Shown: positions 29,947 through 41,573, counted from the first letter of the stretch. The stretch: 64,000 bases of DNA from Nitrospirota bacterium (GCA_963701855.1 CAVPBK010000014.1:1-64000), one strand, 5' to 3'. A program made the numbers and translations. The notes: a model not told the origin generated them from the sequence alone.

Positions 29947-32262
29947 TTACTTGATAGCCACTGCCTTGACTTCCTTGAACGTGGTTTGACCAAGCAGGAC
30001 CTTCTGAACTCCATCCTGCATCAGGGTAGTCATACCCTCTTCAATGGCAGACTGCAGCATCTCTTCCGTTCTCGCCTTCGTCTGAATCATACGTTTAAGT
30101 TTGTCCGATCCTAGAAGCAACTCATGGAGGGCCACGCGTCCTTTAAAACCTGTTCGATTGCAAGTCTCACATCCCTTCCCGCGGGTCAGGCGGAACGTGT
30201 TGTCTTGTGGGATGCCGAGCTTGTCCCAATGTGCAGGTCCATAGCCTTGACGGATTTCCTCGTATTCTACCGCGGTTCCGACGTACTGCTCCTTGCAGTC
30301 CTTGCAAATTCTGCGAGTGAGGCGCTGGGCGAGGACTCCCAACATGGCATCGGCAAAACTAAACGGGTCGCAGCCCATATCGAGAAGTCGCGTAACGGTT
30401 TCCACCGCGCTGTTGGTGTGGAGCGTGCTCATGACCAAGTGTCCAGTCAAGGAGGCTTCAATGCCGATATCAGCCGTTTCTTTATCGCGCATTTCTCCAA
30501 CCATGATCACATCTGGGTCCGCCCGAAGAAACGCGCGCATGGCAGCGGCAAACGTGAAGTTGATCTTTGGAAGAACTTGCACCTGCCGGAGCCCATATTG
30601 TGTGATTTCGACGGGGTCTTCTGCCGTCCAGATCTTAATGTCTGGCGTGTTGATGAAACCGAGGACGGAGTGCAGGGTCGTGGTTTTTCCTGAGCCGGTC
30701 GGCCCGACGCAGAGAATGATGCCGTAGGGTTTTGCGGCGATCACCTTGATCTCTGTGAGATTTCGGTCCGAGAACCCCATCTTGTCGAGAGGCAACGGTT
30801 CGCTGGCCGCGAGCAAACGCATGACCACGTCTTCGTTATATCCGGCGGTGGGAATCGTCGCGACGCGTAACTCGATGTCTTTGCTATCCGATAGTTTGAA
30901 TTTGATTTTGCCGTCCTGGGGTTTTCGCCGTTCAGCGATGTCGAGGCTCGCCATGATCTTTAGACGCGACACGATGGCGCGCCGATAGCTTTGCGGAATC
31001 TTCATGTATTCGAAGCAGTCTCCGTCAACCCGGAACCGGACAAGGGTCTCACGTTTTTCGCCATAGGGTTCGACATGAATATCGGAGGCGCCTTGTCGAT
31101 AGGCATCGGCGATGATCTGATTGGCCAGCCGCACGATGGCATTGTCGTTTTCGTCGAGCCCGCCTCCAGCTTCCTCCGCTGCCGCCTCTTGGGCGTCATT
31201 GACGAGTTCGCCGAGAATGTCGGAGACATTTTCATCTAACTTTCGCGTGCTGCCATTGTCTCCCTGCCCTGTGGCGGAGCCGAGGAACTGGGCGATATCA
31301 CGACGGAGGCTGATCGCAAAGCGAATGTTAAGACCGGGGAAGGTCCGTTTAATATCCGCCACACGGTCGAGATCGCCTGGATCATCCGTCAAAATTTCGA
31401 TGGCGGTTCGGTCCCGCTTGAGGGGCATCCAATGGTTTTTCTTGAGATAGTCGACGTTGAGATTTTTCAGAAGCTCGATATCGACAAGTGTTCGATCGCT
31501 GTACTCGATGTAGGGGCATTTATGAAACTGGGCGAGCGACTTGCCGATCTCGAGTTTCGGCACCTTGTATTTTTCAATCAGAATGCTCTCGAAGTCCGAA
31601 AGGCCTTTCCGAGACTCGGCAATCGCATTATCCAATTCATTCTGGGAAATGTGGTTGTTTGTAACCAGGCGATCGAACTTAGTCGGGGCTTTCTTCGAGA
31701 CCTTGCGGAGATTGAAGAAGGCGATTCCGAGTGCCTTTGCAATCTCTGCGACGGATTCTTCGTCTTTTCTCGTGAAACGTACGCCGCTCTTTTTGTTGAG
31801 AAGTTGCAGGACGCCCATCAAATACTTGTTGTCCGCCACGATCGGGTAGGTCAGGACTTGTTTCGTCTTGAAACCCGTCCGCTTGTCGTAGGATGTGTCG
31901 TGGACAAGTGCGGGATGGACCCCTTGCAGCTCGGCGATGTTATAGGCGTCGGTAATGCTCACTGGGCGGAGATACTTTGCGCAGAAACCAGCCAGGCTTT
32001 GTTCGGTGATGGGAATTCGGAATTCCTCGACGCTGTCGATGTGAGGGACTTTGGAGAAAATTTCTTTCTTTTCCGAATCAAACGCGAAGATGGTGAGATC
32101 TTCGGCATCGAAAATGCTGAGAATTTCTTTGCGTAGATCGAGGAGAATATGGTCAAGATCGCTGGCCGCATGGATTTGGTCCGTGATGCGCTTGACGTTC
32201 TCGGCGAATACCACTTTCTGTTGAAGTTCCTGAAGGTTTTGTGGGATGGGATTGGCTTGCAT
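29947..32262 (-). CDS. GAF-containing PilB/GspE type IV pilus / T2SS ATPase
   Basis: N-terminal GAF, ASDIHVEP, GPTGSGKT, EDPVE, GEMRD, LHTN, CxxC...CxxC. Confidence 0.92.
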   Translation of the reverse strand: MQANPIPQNLQELQQKVVFAENVKRITDQIHAASDLDHILLDLRKEILSIFDAEDLTIFAFDSEKKEIFSKVPHIDSVEEFRIPITEQSLAGFCAKYLRPVSITDAYNIAELQGVHPALVHDTSYDKRTGFKTKQVLTYPIVADNKYLMGVLQLLNKKSGVRFTRKDEESVAEIAKALGIAFFNLRKVSKKAPTKFDRLVTNNHISQNELDNAIAESRKGLSDFESILIEKYKVPKLEIGKSLAQFHKCPYIEYSDRTLVDIELLKNLNVDYLKKNHWMPLKRDRTAIEILTDDPGDLDRVADIKRTFPGLNIRFAISLRRDIAQFLGSATGQGDNGSTRKLDENVSDILGELVNDAQEAAAEEAGGGLDENDNAIVRLANQIIADAYRQGASDIHVEPYGEKRETLVRFRVDGDCFEYMKIPQSYRRAIVSRLKIMASLDIAERRKPQDGKIKFKLSDSKDIELRVATIPTAGYNEDVVMRLLAASEPLPLDKMGFSDRNLTEIKVIAAKPYGIILCVGPTGSGKTTTLHSVLGFINTPDIKIWTAEDPVEITQYGLRQVQVLPKINFTFAAAMRAFLRADPDVIMVGEMRDKETADIGIEASLTGHLVMSTLHTNSAVETVTRLLDMGCDPFSFADAMLGVLAQRLTRRICKDCKEQYVGTAVEYEEIRQGYGPAHWDKLGIPQDNTFRLTRGKGCETCNRTGFKGRVALHELLLGSDKLKRMIQTKARTEEMLQSAIEEGMTTLMQDGVQKVLLGQTTFKEVKAVAIK

Positions 32263-32476
32263 TACCAGGGCTCCTGGCCATCGGCCATGTAGGTCATCAC
32301 CGGACCTGTATGCTCAATGAAGAGTGGGTACGATCCTCATGACCACATGTGCCTTGAGGCAGAGATTGATGCTCAGTCTAGCTGATAACGGATGGAAGGC
32401 AAGGAAAAGGCGGTTTGAGACTGGGATATTTGCGGAAGTGACAATGCGGATAAAGCCGTTGATGAGTGGATGGTGT

Positions 32477-34177
32477 TCAACTTGTTTGTATGCGAATCAA
32501 ATGAGCCGAGACTTGCGCCGGAGGCAGCTTAAGTTTCACCCCATCCTTTCGAGTTTTGACCTCCACCACTCCTTCTGCGAGACCCTTGTCTCCGACAACA
32601 ACCTGGAACGGGGCTCCAATCAGGTCTGCATCGTTGAACTTTACGCCCGCTCGTTCATCCCGATCATCCCAGAGTACTTCGAACCCTGCCGACTCCAGTT
32701 CGTCGTAGAGCTGCGCAGTGACCTTGGCGGTCTGCGCTGATTGGGTGAGCGGGAGGAGATGCACATGGAACGGGGCGATGGGGAAGGGCCAGATAATGCC
32801 TTTCGCGTCGTGGTTCTGTTCGATCGCCGAAGCGGCGGTGCGTCCGACGCCGATGCCGTAACATCCCATGACGGCAAGACACTCGTTGCCGTGAAGATCA
32901 AGGAAGGAGGCCTTCATGGCTTCACTGTATTTGGTGCCGAGCATAAAGACATGTCCGACTTCGATGCCTTTTGTTGCCTTCAATGTCCCGTCTTTTCTCG
33001 GCGACGGATCTCCTGCGCAGGCGCTGCGGAGATCGGCAAACAGCTCAACCTGAAAGTCACGATCCCAATTTGCATCGACATGGTGCGTATCGCTCTGATT
33101 GCCGCCGATGACCACGTTGCGCAGGGATTTGACCGCGTGGTCGGCTATAATCCGAACCTGTTTCAGGCCAACGGGGCCGGCAAACCCGACCGGTGCGCCA
33201 GTGACTTGCTCGACGGTTGTGGGAGTTGCAAGCTCAAGATCAGTCACTCGCAGGAGTCGTTGAATTTTAACCTCATTCGCCTCATGGTCTCCCCGTATCA
33301 ACACGGCAACCGTGTCTTTGCCCGCCGAATAAATGAGTGTTTTCACGAGATGCGTAGGGGAGATATTCAAGAATTTTGTGACCTCTTCGACTGTCCGGCA
33401 GCGAGGCGTTTGGACGGTACGCAGAGGACGCGGGGATTCGGTATCCACCTCAGCAGGAGGCAGCACTTCGGCCTGTTCGACGTTGGCGGCGTAGGTGCCG
33501 GCATCGCTATAGACAATGGTGTTCTCTCCCGTTTCGGCGAGCACCATGAACTCGTGAGATGAACTGCCGCCGATAAGGCCGGTGTCGGCTTCCACGGCAC
33601 GGAAGGTGAGGCCGCAGCGTGTGAAGATACGATGGTAGGCATCGTACATTTTCTGATAACTGAGCCTGGCGCTCGCTTCGTCCTGATCGAAGCTGTAGGC
33701 GTCCTTCATGATGAACTCTCGTCCCCGCATAAGTCCGAAGCGGGGACGAATTTCATCTCGAAACTTTGTTTGGATCTGATAGAAGTTCAGCGGCATCTGC
33801 CGATAGGAGCGGACTTCGCGTCTGAATAGATCGGTGATCACTTCCTCATGGGTCGGTCCCAAGCAGAACTCGCGCTCGTGGCGATCCTTGAAGCGCAGCA
33901 GTTCTTTGCCGTAGAAATTCCATCGGCCGGTTTCTCGCCACAACTCCGCGGGAGAGGCAATAGGCATGAGGAGCTCTTGGGCTCCGGCTCGGTTCATTTC
34001 CTCACGAATGATCTGTTCGACCTTTCGAATGACCCTGAGGCCGAGCGGAAGGTAGGTGTAGATGCCGGCCGCCACCTTGCGAATCAGACCGGCTCGGAGC
34101 ATGAGCTTATGGCTGACGGTTTCCGCTTCGCCCGGGTCTTCTCGCAATGTAGGGATTAAGATTTGGGAGGTCCGCAT
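32477..34177 (-). CDS. proS: Proline--tRNA ligase
   Basis: [33 protein letters not shown], editing insertion, GCYGIG. Confidence 0.98.
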   Translation of the reverse strand: MRTSQILIPTLREDPGEAETVSHKLMLRAGLIRKVAAGIYTYLPLGLRVIRKVEQIIREEMNRAGAQELLMPIASPAELWRETGRWNFYGKELLRFKDRHEREFCLGPTHEEVITDLFRREVRSYRQMPLNFYQIQTKFRDEIRPRFGLMRGREFIMKDAYSFDQDEASARLSYQKMYDAYHRIFTRCGLTFRAVEADTGLIGGSSSHEFMVLAETGENTIVYSDAGTYAANVEQAEVLPPAEVDTESPRPLRTVQTPRCRTVEEVTKFLNISPTHLVKTLIYSAGKDTVAVLIRGDHEANEVKIQRLLRVTDLELATPTTVEQVTGAPVGFAGPVGLKQVRIIADHAVKSLRNVVIGGNQSDTHHVDANWDRDFQVELFADLRSACAGDPSPRKDGTLKATKGIEVGHVFMLGTKYSEAMKASFLDLHGNECLAVMGCYGIGVGRTAASAIEQNHDAKGIIWPFPIAPFHVHLLPLTQSAQTAKVTAQLYDELESAGFEVLWDDRDERAGVKFNDADLIGAPFQVVVGDKGLAEGVVEVKTRKDGVKLKLPPAQVSAHLIRIQTS

Positions 34178-34300
34178 ATTTCTTTGAGAAAGGTCAAAAA
34201 GTCGTCAAGCCCGAACGTCATCACGCCTGATGTGCCGGTGAGCAAGGAAGTGTGTTGCTGATACGATGGTGTTCGACATTCAGGTTATCGGAGGCATGAT

Positions 34301-35692
34301 CTATCGCAAGAAGATCCGTTCGAGGTCATTCCAAAACGCAAAGATCATGACGCCAACTAACAACACGAGGCCAGCCTGTTGTGCGAGTTCTCTCTGGCGC
34401 TCACCAAGGGGTTTCCTCAGGATGCCCTCGATTAGAAAAAACAACAGATGGCCGCCGTCGAGAATGGGAATGGGGAGCAAGTTGAGGACGCCCAGATTGA
34501 TGCTTAGAATGGCGATGAGAAAGACCACACTTGAGGCCCCCTGCGCAGCGGCTTCTCCGGAAATATTGGCGATCGTCAGCGGGCCGCCGATGTTTTTGCT
34601 TGAGATATCCCCCACGATCATTTTGTAGAGGCCGATTGCGGTCAGCTCAGTCCAGCCCCACGTGGCTCCCAAGCCGTCGTAGAGCGACAGCAGCGGGGTG
34701 CTGGAACGCATGATTGTACGACCTGGCCCTTGAATGCCGATCTTGCCGACTTCGACCGACTGGCCGTTGACCATGGCCTTCTCAGCAGAAGGCGTCACAG
34801 TCAGCGGAACTCGATGCCCTTCCCGCAAAACCTCTATCTGTAACTGGTGATTGGGATTATCCTTCACGATGCCGGTCATCTGGGACCACGTATGGATCGT
34901 CTGGCCCTCGATGTTGACCACATGATCCCCGGCTTGAAGCCCTGCTTTCGCCGCCGGTGAATTTTGCATGACTGACGTAACGAGGGGCGGTGCTTCTTCG
35001 ACGCCCAGGTAGTATCCTGGCTCTTGTGCAGAGGCCTGTGGTCCGGGGGCGGTTGTGGGCGTAACCGTCAGCGTTTTGACCTGTTCGCCTCGTTTGATCT
35101 CGAGGGTCAACGCCTGTCCCTTGCTCTTCGCCACGGTGTCGAAGAGTTCATTCTTGGTCGAAATGTCTTGTCCATTGACTCGGCTGACACGATCTCCGAT
35201 CTGAATACCTGCGATATCGGCTGGAGAGCCGGGGGTCATCGCTTCGATATCGGGGGAGAGATCCTGGAACGTCGGGACAAAAAGCGGCGTTCCGGTCGCA
35301 AGCCATCCGGCAAAAATGAAATACGCCAGAATAAAGTTAAACCCAGGTCCTGCGGCGACGATCAGGACTTTGCCCCACAATCCTTTGTGCGCAAACGACC
35401 GCGCACGATCCTCCTGTGTGGTCGCCTCGGTCTCATCTTCGCCGAAGAGTTTCACGTAGCCACCGAGTGGAATGGCCGAGAGGAGATATTCTGTCTCGCC
35501 CATTTTTCTGCCGAAGAGCTTCGGTCCGAATCCAAGAGAAAACTTGAGAACCTTGACGCCGACCCAGCGAGCGGCCAGGAAATGCCCGAGCTCATGGAAT
35601 GCGACTAACACACCTAGAACGACTAGGAACCACCATGCTTTTTGTAATAACAACCAGACGGAATCGGGGGACCAGGTAAATGCCATGAACAC
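34301..35692 (-). CDS. rseP: Site-2 zinc metalloprotease RseP with PDZ domains
   Basis: HELGH, PLGGYVK, NLLPIPILDGG; syntenic after dxr. Confidence 0.95.
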   Translation of the reverse strand: MFMAFTWSPDSVWLLLQKAWWFLVVLGVLVAFHELGHFLAARWVGVKVLKFSLGFGPKLFGRKMGETEYLLSAIPLGGYVKLFGEDETEATTQEDRARSFAHKGLWGKVLIVAAGPGFNFILAYFIFAGWLATGTPLFVPTFQDLSPDIEAMTPGSPADIAGIQIGDRVSRVNGQDISTKNELFDTVAKSKGQALTLEIKRGEQVKTLTVTPTTAPGPQASAQEPGYYLGVEEAPPLVTSVMQNSPAAKAGLQAGDHVVNIEGQTIHTWSQMTGIVKDNPNHQLQIEVLREGHRVPLTVTPSAEKAMVNGQSVEVGKIGIQGPGRTIMRSSTPLLSLYDGLGATWGWTELTAIGLYKMIVGDISSKNIGGPLTIANISGEAAAQGASSVVFLIAILSINLGVLNLLPIPILDGGHLLFFLIEGILRKPLGERQRELAQQAGLVLLVGVMIFAFWNDLERIFLR

Positions 35693-35716
35693 GGTGTTTG
35701 CTCCTTCGTGTGAATC

Positions 35717-36877
35717 CTAGCGTGCCAACGCCACAACCAAAGATTCGGCTTTCTCTCGCGCCCAGCGATCCGCCTCCAGCGCGTCCTCCAACGTCTCGAC
35801 GTCTTTGGTCGTGTGGATGTCCATCGTGCTGTGAATGATCTTCGGAATGTCAGTGAAACGGATACCTCCGTTCAAGAATGCCTCGACGGCGATTTCATTT
35901 GCGGCATTCATCGTGGCAGGCATCGTACCGCCGATTCGCAGGGATTCATAACCAAGACCCAAGCAGGGGAACCGGTCGTGGTCCGGCTTGCAAAACGTTA
36001 ACTTCCCGATCTCCGTCAGATCCAACGAAGGCAGATCAAGCGGCATGCGCCCTGGATATCTCATCGCATAGGAAATTGGCGTTCGCATATCCGGTAATCC
36101 CAATTGCGCGATCATTGAACGATCCTGATACTCTACCAGAGAATGAATAATGCTTTCCCGATGGATCATGACCTCGATCTGGGATTCCGGGATGTCGAAG
36201 AGCCACCGGGCTTCGACAACTTCGAGTCCTTTGTTCATGAGCGTGGCAGAATCGATCGTGATTTTTGCGCCCATCTTCCAGTTGGGATGTTGGAGCGCCC
36301 GTTCTGGTGTGACGTCCTGCAGCTCCTCCCGGTCCAGGGTCCAGAGAGCCCCTCCGGACGCAGTCAAGATCAGGCGGCGGACATCCTCTTTGCGATGGCC
36401 TTCTAACGACTGGAAGATCGCACTGTGTTCGCTGTCGACCGGGAAGATACGAACGTTATGCCGTCGCGCCTCGTCCTGCATCAGTTTTCCCGCCATGACC
36501 ATCGGCTCTTTATTGGCCAAGGCGATTTGTTTTCCGCTTCGGATTGCCGCAAGAGTGGGCACGAGACCGGCTCCTCCGACGATGGCGGAGATGACGAGTT
36601 CAGCTTCGAGCGCAGAGGCGACCTGAATCAATCCTTCTTGCCCAGCCAAGATTTCGACAGGCAGTTCCGCACAGCGTTGCCGGAGCCTGGCGGCAGCGGA
36701 GGCGTTCGATAGGGCCACGACGCGGGGCTTGAACCGGCGGATCTGCTCCTCAAGCTTTTCATCGTTGCTGCCAGCTGTCAGTCCAGCCACGCGGAATTCT
36801 TCTGGGAACCGGTCCACGATATCTAAGGTGCTGGTGCCGATTGACCCAGTCGATCCGAGGATGACGATTGTTTTCAT
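35717..36877 (-). CDS. dxr: 1-deoxy-D-xylulose 5-phosphate reductoisomerase
   Basis: ILGSTGSIG, LANKE, PVDSEHSA, HPNWKMG, NAANE. Confidence 0.98.
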   Translation of the reverse strand: MKTIVILGSTGSIGTSTLDIVDRFPEEFRVAGLTAGSNDEKLEEQIRRFKPRVVALSNASAAARLRQRCAELPVEILAGQEGLIQVASALEAELVISAIVGGAGLVPTLAAIRSGKQIALANKEPMVMAGKLMQDEARRHNVRIFPVDSEHSAIFQSLEGHRKEDVRRLILTASGGALWTLDREELQDVTPERALQHPNWKMGAKITIDSATLMNKGLEVVEARWLFDIPESQIEVMIHRESIIHSLVEYQDRSMIAQLGLPDMRTPISYAMRYPGRMPLDLPSLDLTEIGKLTFCKPDHDRFPCLGLGYESLRIGGTMPATMNAANEIAVEAFLNGGIRFTDIPKIIHSTMDIHTTKDVETLEDALEADRWAREKAESLVVALAR

Positions 36878-36888
36878 AGGGGACTCCT

Positions 36889-37764
36889 TCACTCCATGAC
36901 TCGTAGCCGACTTGCCAGCGTTACATAGTAGTAGAAGACAGGGGCGGTGAACAAGAGACTATCCAGACGGTCGAGCATACCTCCATGACCCGGCAGTATC
37001 CCGCCGGAGTCCTTCATGCCGACGCTACGTTTCATGGCCGATTCGGTCAGGTCGCCCCAAAGACCTGTGATGGTCAGTAGGATGCCCAAGATCAGACAAT
37101 CGAGGCCTGACAACTCAGGGAGAAACCACCAACGGGCTACATACGCGACAATTATGGCACCGATCAACCCACCCACCAAGCCCTCGACCGTTTTCTTTGG
37201 ACTGATTGTGGGGGCCAATCGATGTCGCCCAAACAGTGTGCCGACATAATAGGCGCCGGTATCCGAGGCCCAGGTTACCAGCAGGAGAAAAAAGATCAGC
37301 CATTCACCCTGAGGCAAGAGCCTCGTCATCGAGAGCGCACTGAGTGTGAGACCGAGATAGAGTACGCCGAACAAGGTCATGGCGCCATTCCTCAGGCTCT
37401 GCTCGAGGGGAGCGCAACTAAAGAGTGGGACAGACAGAATGCCGACCAGTGTGGCCAGGAGGGCTGGAACGATGATGTCCGTCCAGTGTGTTCCGAGAAT
37501 CAGAGCGCCGAATCCTATCAGGCCGATCCCTATCAGCCAGGAATGGCTGCGGTCGCTGAGACACAATCGGTAGAACTCGAAGAGGGCGAGCCCTCCCGCT
37601 AGCACCACGATCCCGGAAAATGCGAGGGGTGGAAGATAACGAATCACGGCGTATAAGAGTGGAGCAAGAACCAGAATGGTATAGATCCGGCGGAGATCGA
37701 ATCGGGGTGCCGCTTTAGGCGCTGGTTCAGCTTGCTGTTGGCCGGCGGTTTTGTATTCCTGCAT
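36889..37764 (-). CDS. cdsA: Phosphatidate cytidylyltransferase
   Basis: SDTGAY, SPKKTVEG, KDSGGILPGHGGMLDRLDS. Confidence 0.95.
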   Translation of the reverse strand: MQEYKTAGQQQAEPAPKAAPRFDLRRIYTILVLAPLLYAVIRYLPPLAFSGIVVLAGGLALFEFYRLCLSDRSHSWLIGIGLIGFGALILGTHWTDIIVPALLATLVGILSVPLFSCAPLEQSLRNGAMTLFGVLYLGLTLSALSMTRLLPQGEWLIFFLLLVTWASDTGAYYVGTLFGRHRLAPTISPKKTVEGLVGGLIGAIIVAYVARWWFLPELSGLDCLILGILLTITGLWGDLTESAMKRSVGMKDSGGILPGHGGMLDRLDSLLFTAPVFYYYVTLASRLRVME

Positions 37765-37784
37765 GGGGAGGTTGAGATCGATCA

Positions 37785-38570
37785 CTATGACGAAATGGCG
37801 CTGAGGACACGACCGAATCGCCGCTCGCGTCGCTGGTATTCCAGCAAGGCCAATAAGAGGTCGCGGCGACGGAAGTCGGGCCACAGGGTTGGGGTGAAAT
37901 AGAGCTCGGTGTAGGCGAGCTGCCAGAGGAGAAAGTTACTGATCCGCGTTTCGCCGCTGGTGCGGATCAATAAGTCTGGATCGGGCAGGTCATGGGTGTA
38001 GAGATATTGCTTGATACAAGACTCATCCACTTCGTCCGGTTGTAGCTTTCCGTCTTGTGCGTCATGCAGGAGTTCACGCACTGCGTCCACGATCTCAGCG
38101 CGTCCGCCATAGCTGAGGGCCACGGTGAGATGCAGTTTATCGAGATGGGCGGTTTCCTGCTCGGCGGTCCGGACCCATTGGAGGGCGGAGGCCGGGAGTG
38201 AGTCGAGCCGGCCAATCATGCGCAACCGGACACCCTGCTCAATGAGTTTTGCTCGTTCCGTCGAAAGGTAGTATTCCAGCAAGCCCATGAGCGAGGAGAT
38301 TTCCTGAACGGGACGGTTCCAATTCTCTTGTGAAAATGCGTAAATGGTCAGGGCGTTAATGCCCAGTTCCAAGCAGACCGTGATCATTTCCCGGACGGAT
38401 TTGATCCCTTCTCGATGACCGGCAATGCGAGGGAGGTGTCGTAGTTCTGCCCAGCGGCCATTGCCATCCATAATAATGGCGATGTGCTTGGGTGAGAGGT
38501 CGGGCTCAAGTTTTGCGGCAAGCTCTTCTATGGATAGCTGATCTACGTCCGACAAGTCTTTCGTGTCCAT
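37785..38570 (-). CDS. uppS: Undecaprenyl diphosphate synthase
   Basis: HIAIIMDGNGRWA, FSQENWNR, RTSGETRISNFLLWQ. Confidence 0.97.
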   Translation of the reverse strand: MDTKDLSDVDQLSIEELAAKLEPDLSPKHIAIIMDGNGRWAELRHLPRIAGHREGIKSVREMITVCLELGINALTIYAFSQENWNRPVQEISSLMGLLEYYLSTERAKLIEQGVRLRMIGRLDSLPASALQWVRTAEQETAHLDKLHLTVALSYGGRAEIVDAVRELLHDAQDGKLQPDEVDESCIKQYLYTHDLPDPDLLIRTSGETRISNFLLWQLAYTELYFTPTLWPDFRRRDLLLALLEYQRRERRFGRVLSAISS

Positions 38571-38778
38571 AAATGTGCTGTTGGTAAAGATCCCTTCTTA
38601 CGAGTTTCGTGCGGTAGGCGAGCAAAGTCTACTGGCGAGGGTGCAGAATGTCAAACAAATTTTCGTAAAAGTCCTGTAAAAGCGATGAGTTGGATGAATT
38701 ATCATTGCGCCAGACGAAAGTGATCGGCTATACTTTGCCGTCTTTCCGCAGGCTAACCATCGTGAGGATTCGTATACC

Positions 38779-40209
38779 ATGGGGGATCTTGTTCAGTTAA
38801 CGTCCTTCGGTCTGACCGAAGGCGAGGTGATCGGGGCGCTTGGGCGGGTCAAAGTTCGCGATGTCGACTATGCCGATCTCTACTTTGAATCCTGCGTGTC
38901 TGAATCCGTCTCGATGGAAGAGTCTCTCGTGAAGCGTGCGACCAAGAGTGTATCGCAAGGTGTGGGGGTGAGAGCAACAGCGGGGGAAAAAACCGGCTTT
39001 GCCTATTCCGATGAACTGACAAAGAAGGATCTTGAACTGGCCGCGGATACGGCCCGGTATATTGCCAATTCGCCAAGCGGGACCGAGGCGGTTCCGGTGC
39101 CTGTCCGCCAACGCCCAACGCGCGATCTCTATCCAGTTGAGCAGGCACAGACCGAAGTTGCCACAGCGGATCGTGTGTCCCTCTTGAATGCCATCGATGC
39201 AGAAGCGCGCCGGTATGATCCGCGCATTAAGAATGTCATGGCTTCGTTTAACACGGAGTATAAGGTGGTCATCGTTGCCACCTCGGACGGCACGCTGATC
39301 GGGGATGTGCAGCCTCTTTCGAGACTACAAGTGACCTGTATTGCTGAAGAGAATGGCCAACGGCAAGCCGGTTCGTTCGGAGGAGGGGGCCGTGTCGGGT
39401 TTGAGTTTTATCACGAGGGCGACCGGTATCTGCGGTTTGCGCGTGAAGCGGCTCGGGAGGCGATTCTCAACCTGTCTGCCGTCGAGGCGCCGGCCGGTGT
39501 CATGCCGGTCGTGCTGGGTGGAGGCTGGCCGGGGATTTTATTGCACGAAGCCATCGGCCATGGCCTTGAGGCGGACTTCAATCGTAAGAAAACGTCAGCT
39601 TTTTCGAATCTTCTCGGCAAACGAGTAGCGTCCGATGTTTGTACGATTGTCGATGATGGGACTTTGCCGGGCCGACGAGGCTCGCTCAACATGGACGATG
39701 AAGGGACCCCGACCGGTCGTACAGTGCTCATTGAGAAGGGGATTCTCCGCGGCTACATCACCGATAAACTCAATGCGCGCCTGATGGGCATTCCTGTGAC
39801 TGGCAACGGCAGGCGAGAAAGTTACCAAAGTGTGGTGCTGCCGCGCATGACGAATACGTTCATGTTAGCTGGAACGTCGGACCCTGAGGAGATTATCCGC
39901 TCCGTCGATCGCGGACTGTATGCCGTGTCGTTTGGTGGCGGGCAGGTGGATATCACCAACGGTAAATTTGTGTTTTCTGCCAGTGAAGCCTACTTGATTG
40001 AGGGGGGAAAGGTGACGAGGCCAGTCAAGGGTGCGACATTGATCGGCAGCGGACCGGAGATTCTCACCAAGGTCTCGATGGTCGGGCATGACCTCAAGCT
40101 GGACGAGGGCATTGGCACCTGTGGCAAAGAAGGGCAATCCGTTCCAGTGGGTGTCGGTCTGCCGACCATTCGAATCGACGAAATCACCGTGGGCGGGACA
40201 CAGCGATGA
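38779..40209 (+). CDS. tldD: Metalloprotease TldD
   Basis: HEAIGHGLEAD, PRMTNT, CGKEGQSVPVGVG. Confidence 0.95.
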   Translation: MGDLVQLTSFGLTEGEVIGALGRVKVRDVDYADLYFESCVSESVSMEESLVKRATKSVSQGVGVRATAGEKTGFAYSDELTKKDLELAADTARYIANSPSGTEAVPVPVRQRPTRDLYPVEQAQTEVATADRVSLLNAIDAEARRYDPRIKNVMASFNTEYKVVIVATSDGTLIGDVQPLSRLQVTCIAEENGQRQAGSFGGGGRVGFEFYHEGDRYLRFAREAAREAILNLSAVEAPAGVMPVVLGGGWPGILLHEAIGHGLEADFNRKKTSAFSNLLGKRVASDVCTIVDDGTLPGRRGSLNMDDEGTPTGRTVLIEKGILRGYITDKLNARLMGIPVTGNGRRESYQSVVLPRMTNTFMLAGTSDPEEIIRSVDRGLYAVSFGGGQVDITNGKFVFSASEAYLIEGGKVTRPVKGATLIGSGPEILTKVSMVGHDLKLDEGIGTCGKEGQSVPVGVGLPTIRIDEITVGGTQR

Positions 40210-41573
40210 ATCAGCAGATACAACAGCGCGATGGGTATAGCCAGCTTGCGTTGGACCTTTTGGCCAAGGCAAAACGCGGTGGGGCGACGGAAGCGGACAT
40301 CATTGTCGCTGACGGCGAAACCTTTTCGGTGCAAGTCCGGTTAGGTGCCGTCGATCGCCTCACGAAAGCGCGGGAGAAGCATCTCGGTTTGCGCGTGTTT
40401 GTCGGAAAACGCTCAGCCAGTACCTCCACCTCCGATTTTTCAGCGGACTCATTGGATCAGCTCGTTGCCGAGACCTGCACCCTGGCGAAGGCTGTCGTAG
40501 AAGATCAGGTATCCGGCTTGCCGGCGGCGGATCAAATGGCGGGAGAGAAGCCAGATTTGGATCTCTACGATCCCACCCGACTCAATACAGAACAGCAAAT
40601 CGAATTGGCCAAACGTGTCGAAGCTGCTGCTATGTCTACGGATGAGCGTGTGACGAATTCGGAAGGGGGCGACTTCGATTCCTCTTCTGGCCGCGTAGTG
40701 CTGGGCAATAGTCACGGATTCTTGGGTGAGTACCAGAGTTCCAGTTTCTCCATGTCAGTATCGCCTGTTGCCACCGATCCGGAGACCGGCGCCATGCAAC
40801 GGGATTCCTGGTACGCGGTGCAACGGAAATTTGCCAAGCTGGACTCCCCGGAGGCGGTGGGACTGGAAGCGGCACGGCGGACGATCCGAAAGCTCGGGGC
40901 GAGGAAAGTGGCAACCCAACAAGTTCCTGTTGTCTTTGATGCAGAAACAGCCGGAAGTCTCATGGGGAATCTTTGCAGCGCAGTGTCGGGGTATGCCCTC
41001 TATAAAGGGGCGTCATTCCTGGCCGGCCAATTAGACAAATCGCTGGCTCCGGAGTATGTCACGGTTTACGACGATGGGCGAGTAGTCGGAGGTCTGGGCT
41101 CTCGACCGTTTGATGGCGAAGGTCTGCTGACCAGGAAGACGACGGTGGTGGAGCGAGGAGTATTGAAGAGCTACCTGCTCGATACCTACTCAGGGCGGAA
41201 GCTCGGGTTGGCTTCGACCGGCAACGCTTCCCGTAGTGTCGGCGAGAATCCATCGGTCGGTCCCACGAATTTCTATCTCGCCCCAGGGGCAAAGACCGCG
41301 CAAGACATTATCAAGACGGTGAAACAGGGCTTGTATGTCACGGACCTCATCGGTTTCGGTATCAACATGGTGACTGGTGATTATTCGCGGGGAGCTGCTG
41401 GGTTTTGGATCGAAGGGGGCGAGTTGGCCTATCCCGTGGAAGAGATCACGATTGCGGGCAATCTGAAAGACATGTTTGCGGGAATAGAAATGATCGGCAG
41501 CGATCTTGTGTTTCGCGGACGCATTGCCAGTCCGACTGTGAAGATTACAGAGATGATGGTGGCGGGAAGCTAG
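40206..41573 (+). CDS. pmbA: PmbA/TldE protein
   Basis: PFDGEG, TGDYSRGAAG, EITIAGNL; ATGA overlap with tldD. Confidence 0.93.
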   Translation: MNQQIQQRDGYSQLALDLLAKAKRGGATEADIIVADGETFSVQVRLGAVDRLTKAREKHLGLRVFVGKRSASTSTSDFSADSLDQLVAETCTLAKAVVEDQVSGLPAADQMAGEKPDLDLYDPTRLNTEQQIELAKRVEAAAMSTDERVTNSEGGDFDSSSGRVVLGNSHGFLGEYQSSSFSMSVSPVATDPETGAMQRDSWYAVQRKFAKLDSPEAVGLEAARRTIRKLGARKVATQQVPVVFDAETAGSLMGNLCSAVSGYALYKGASFLAGQLDKSLAPEYVTVYDDGRVVGGLGSRPFDGEGLLTRKTTVVERGVLKSYLLDTYSGRKLGLASTGNASRSVGENPSVGPTNFYLAPGAKTAQDIIKTVKQGLYVTDLIGFGINMVTGDYSRGAAGFWIEGGELAYPVEEITIAGNLKDMFAGIEMIGSDLVFRGRIASPTVKITEMMVAGS

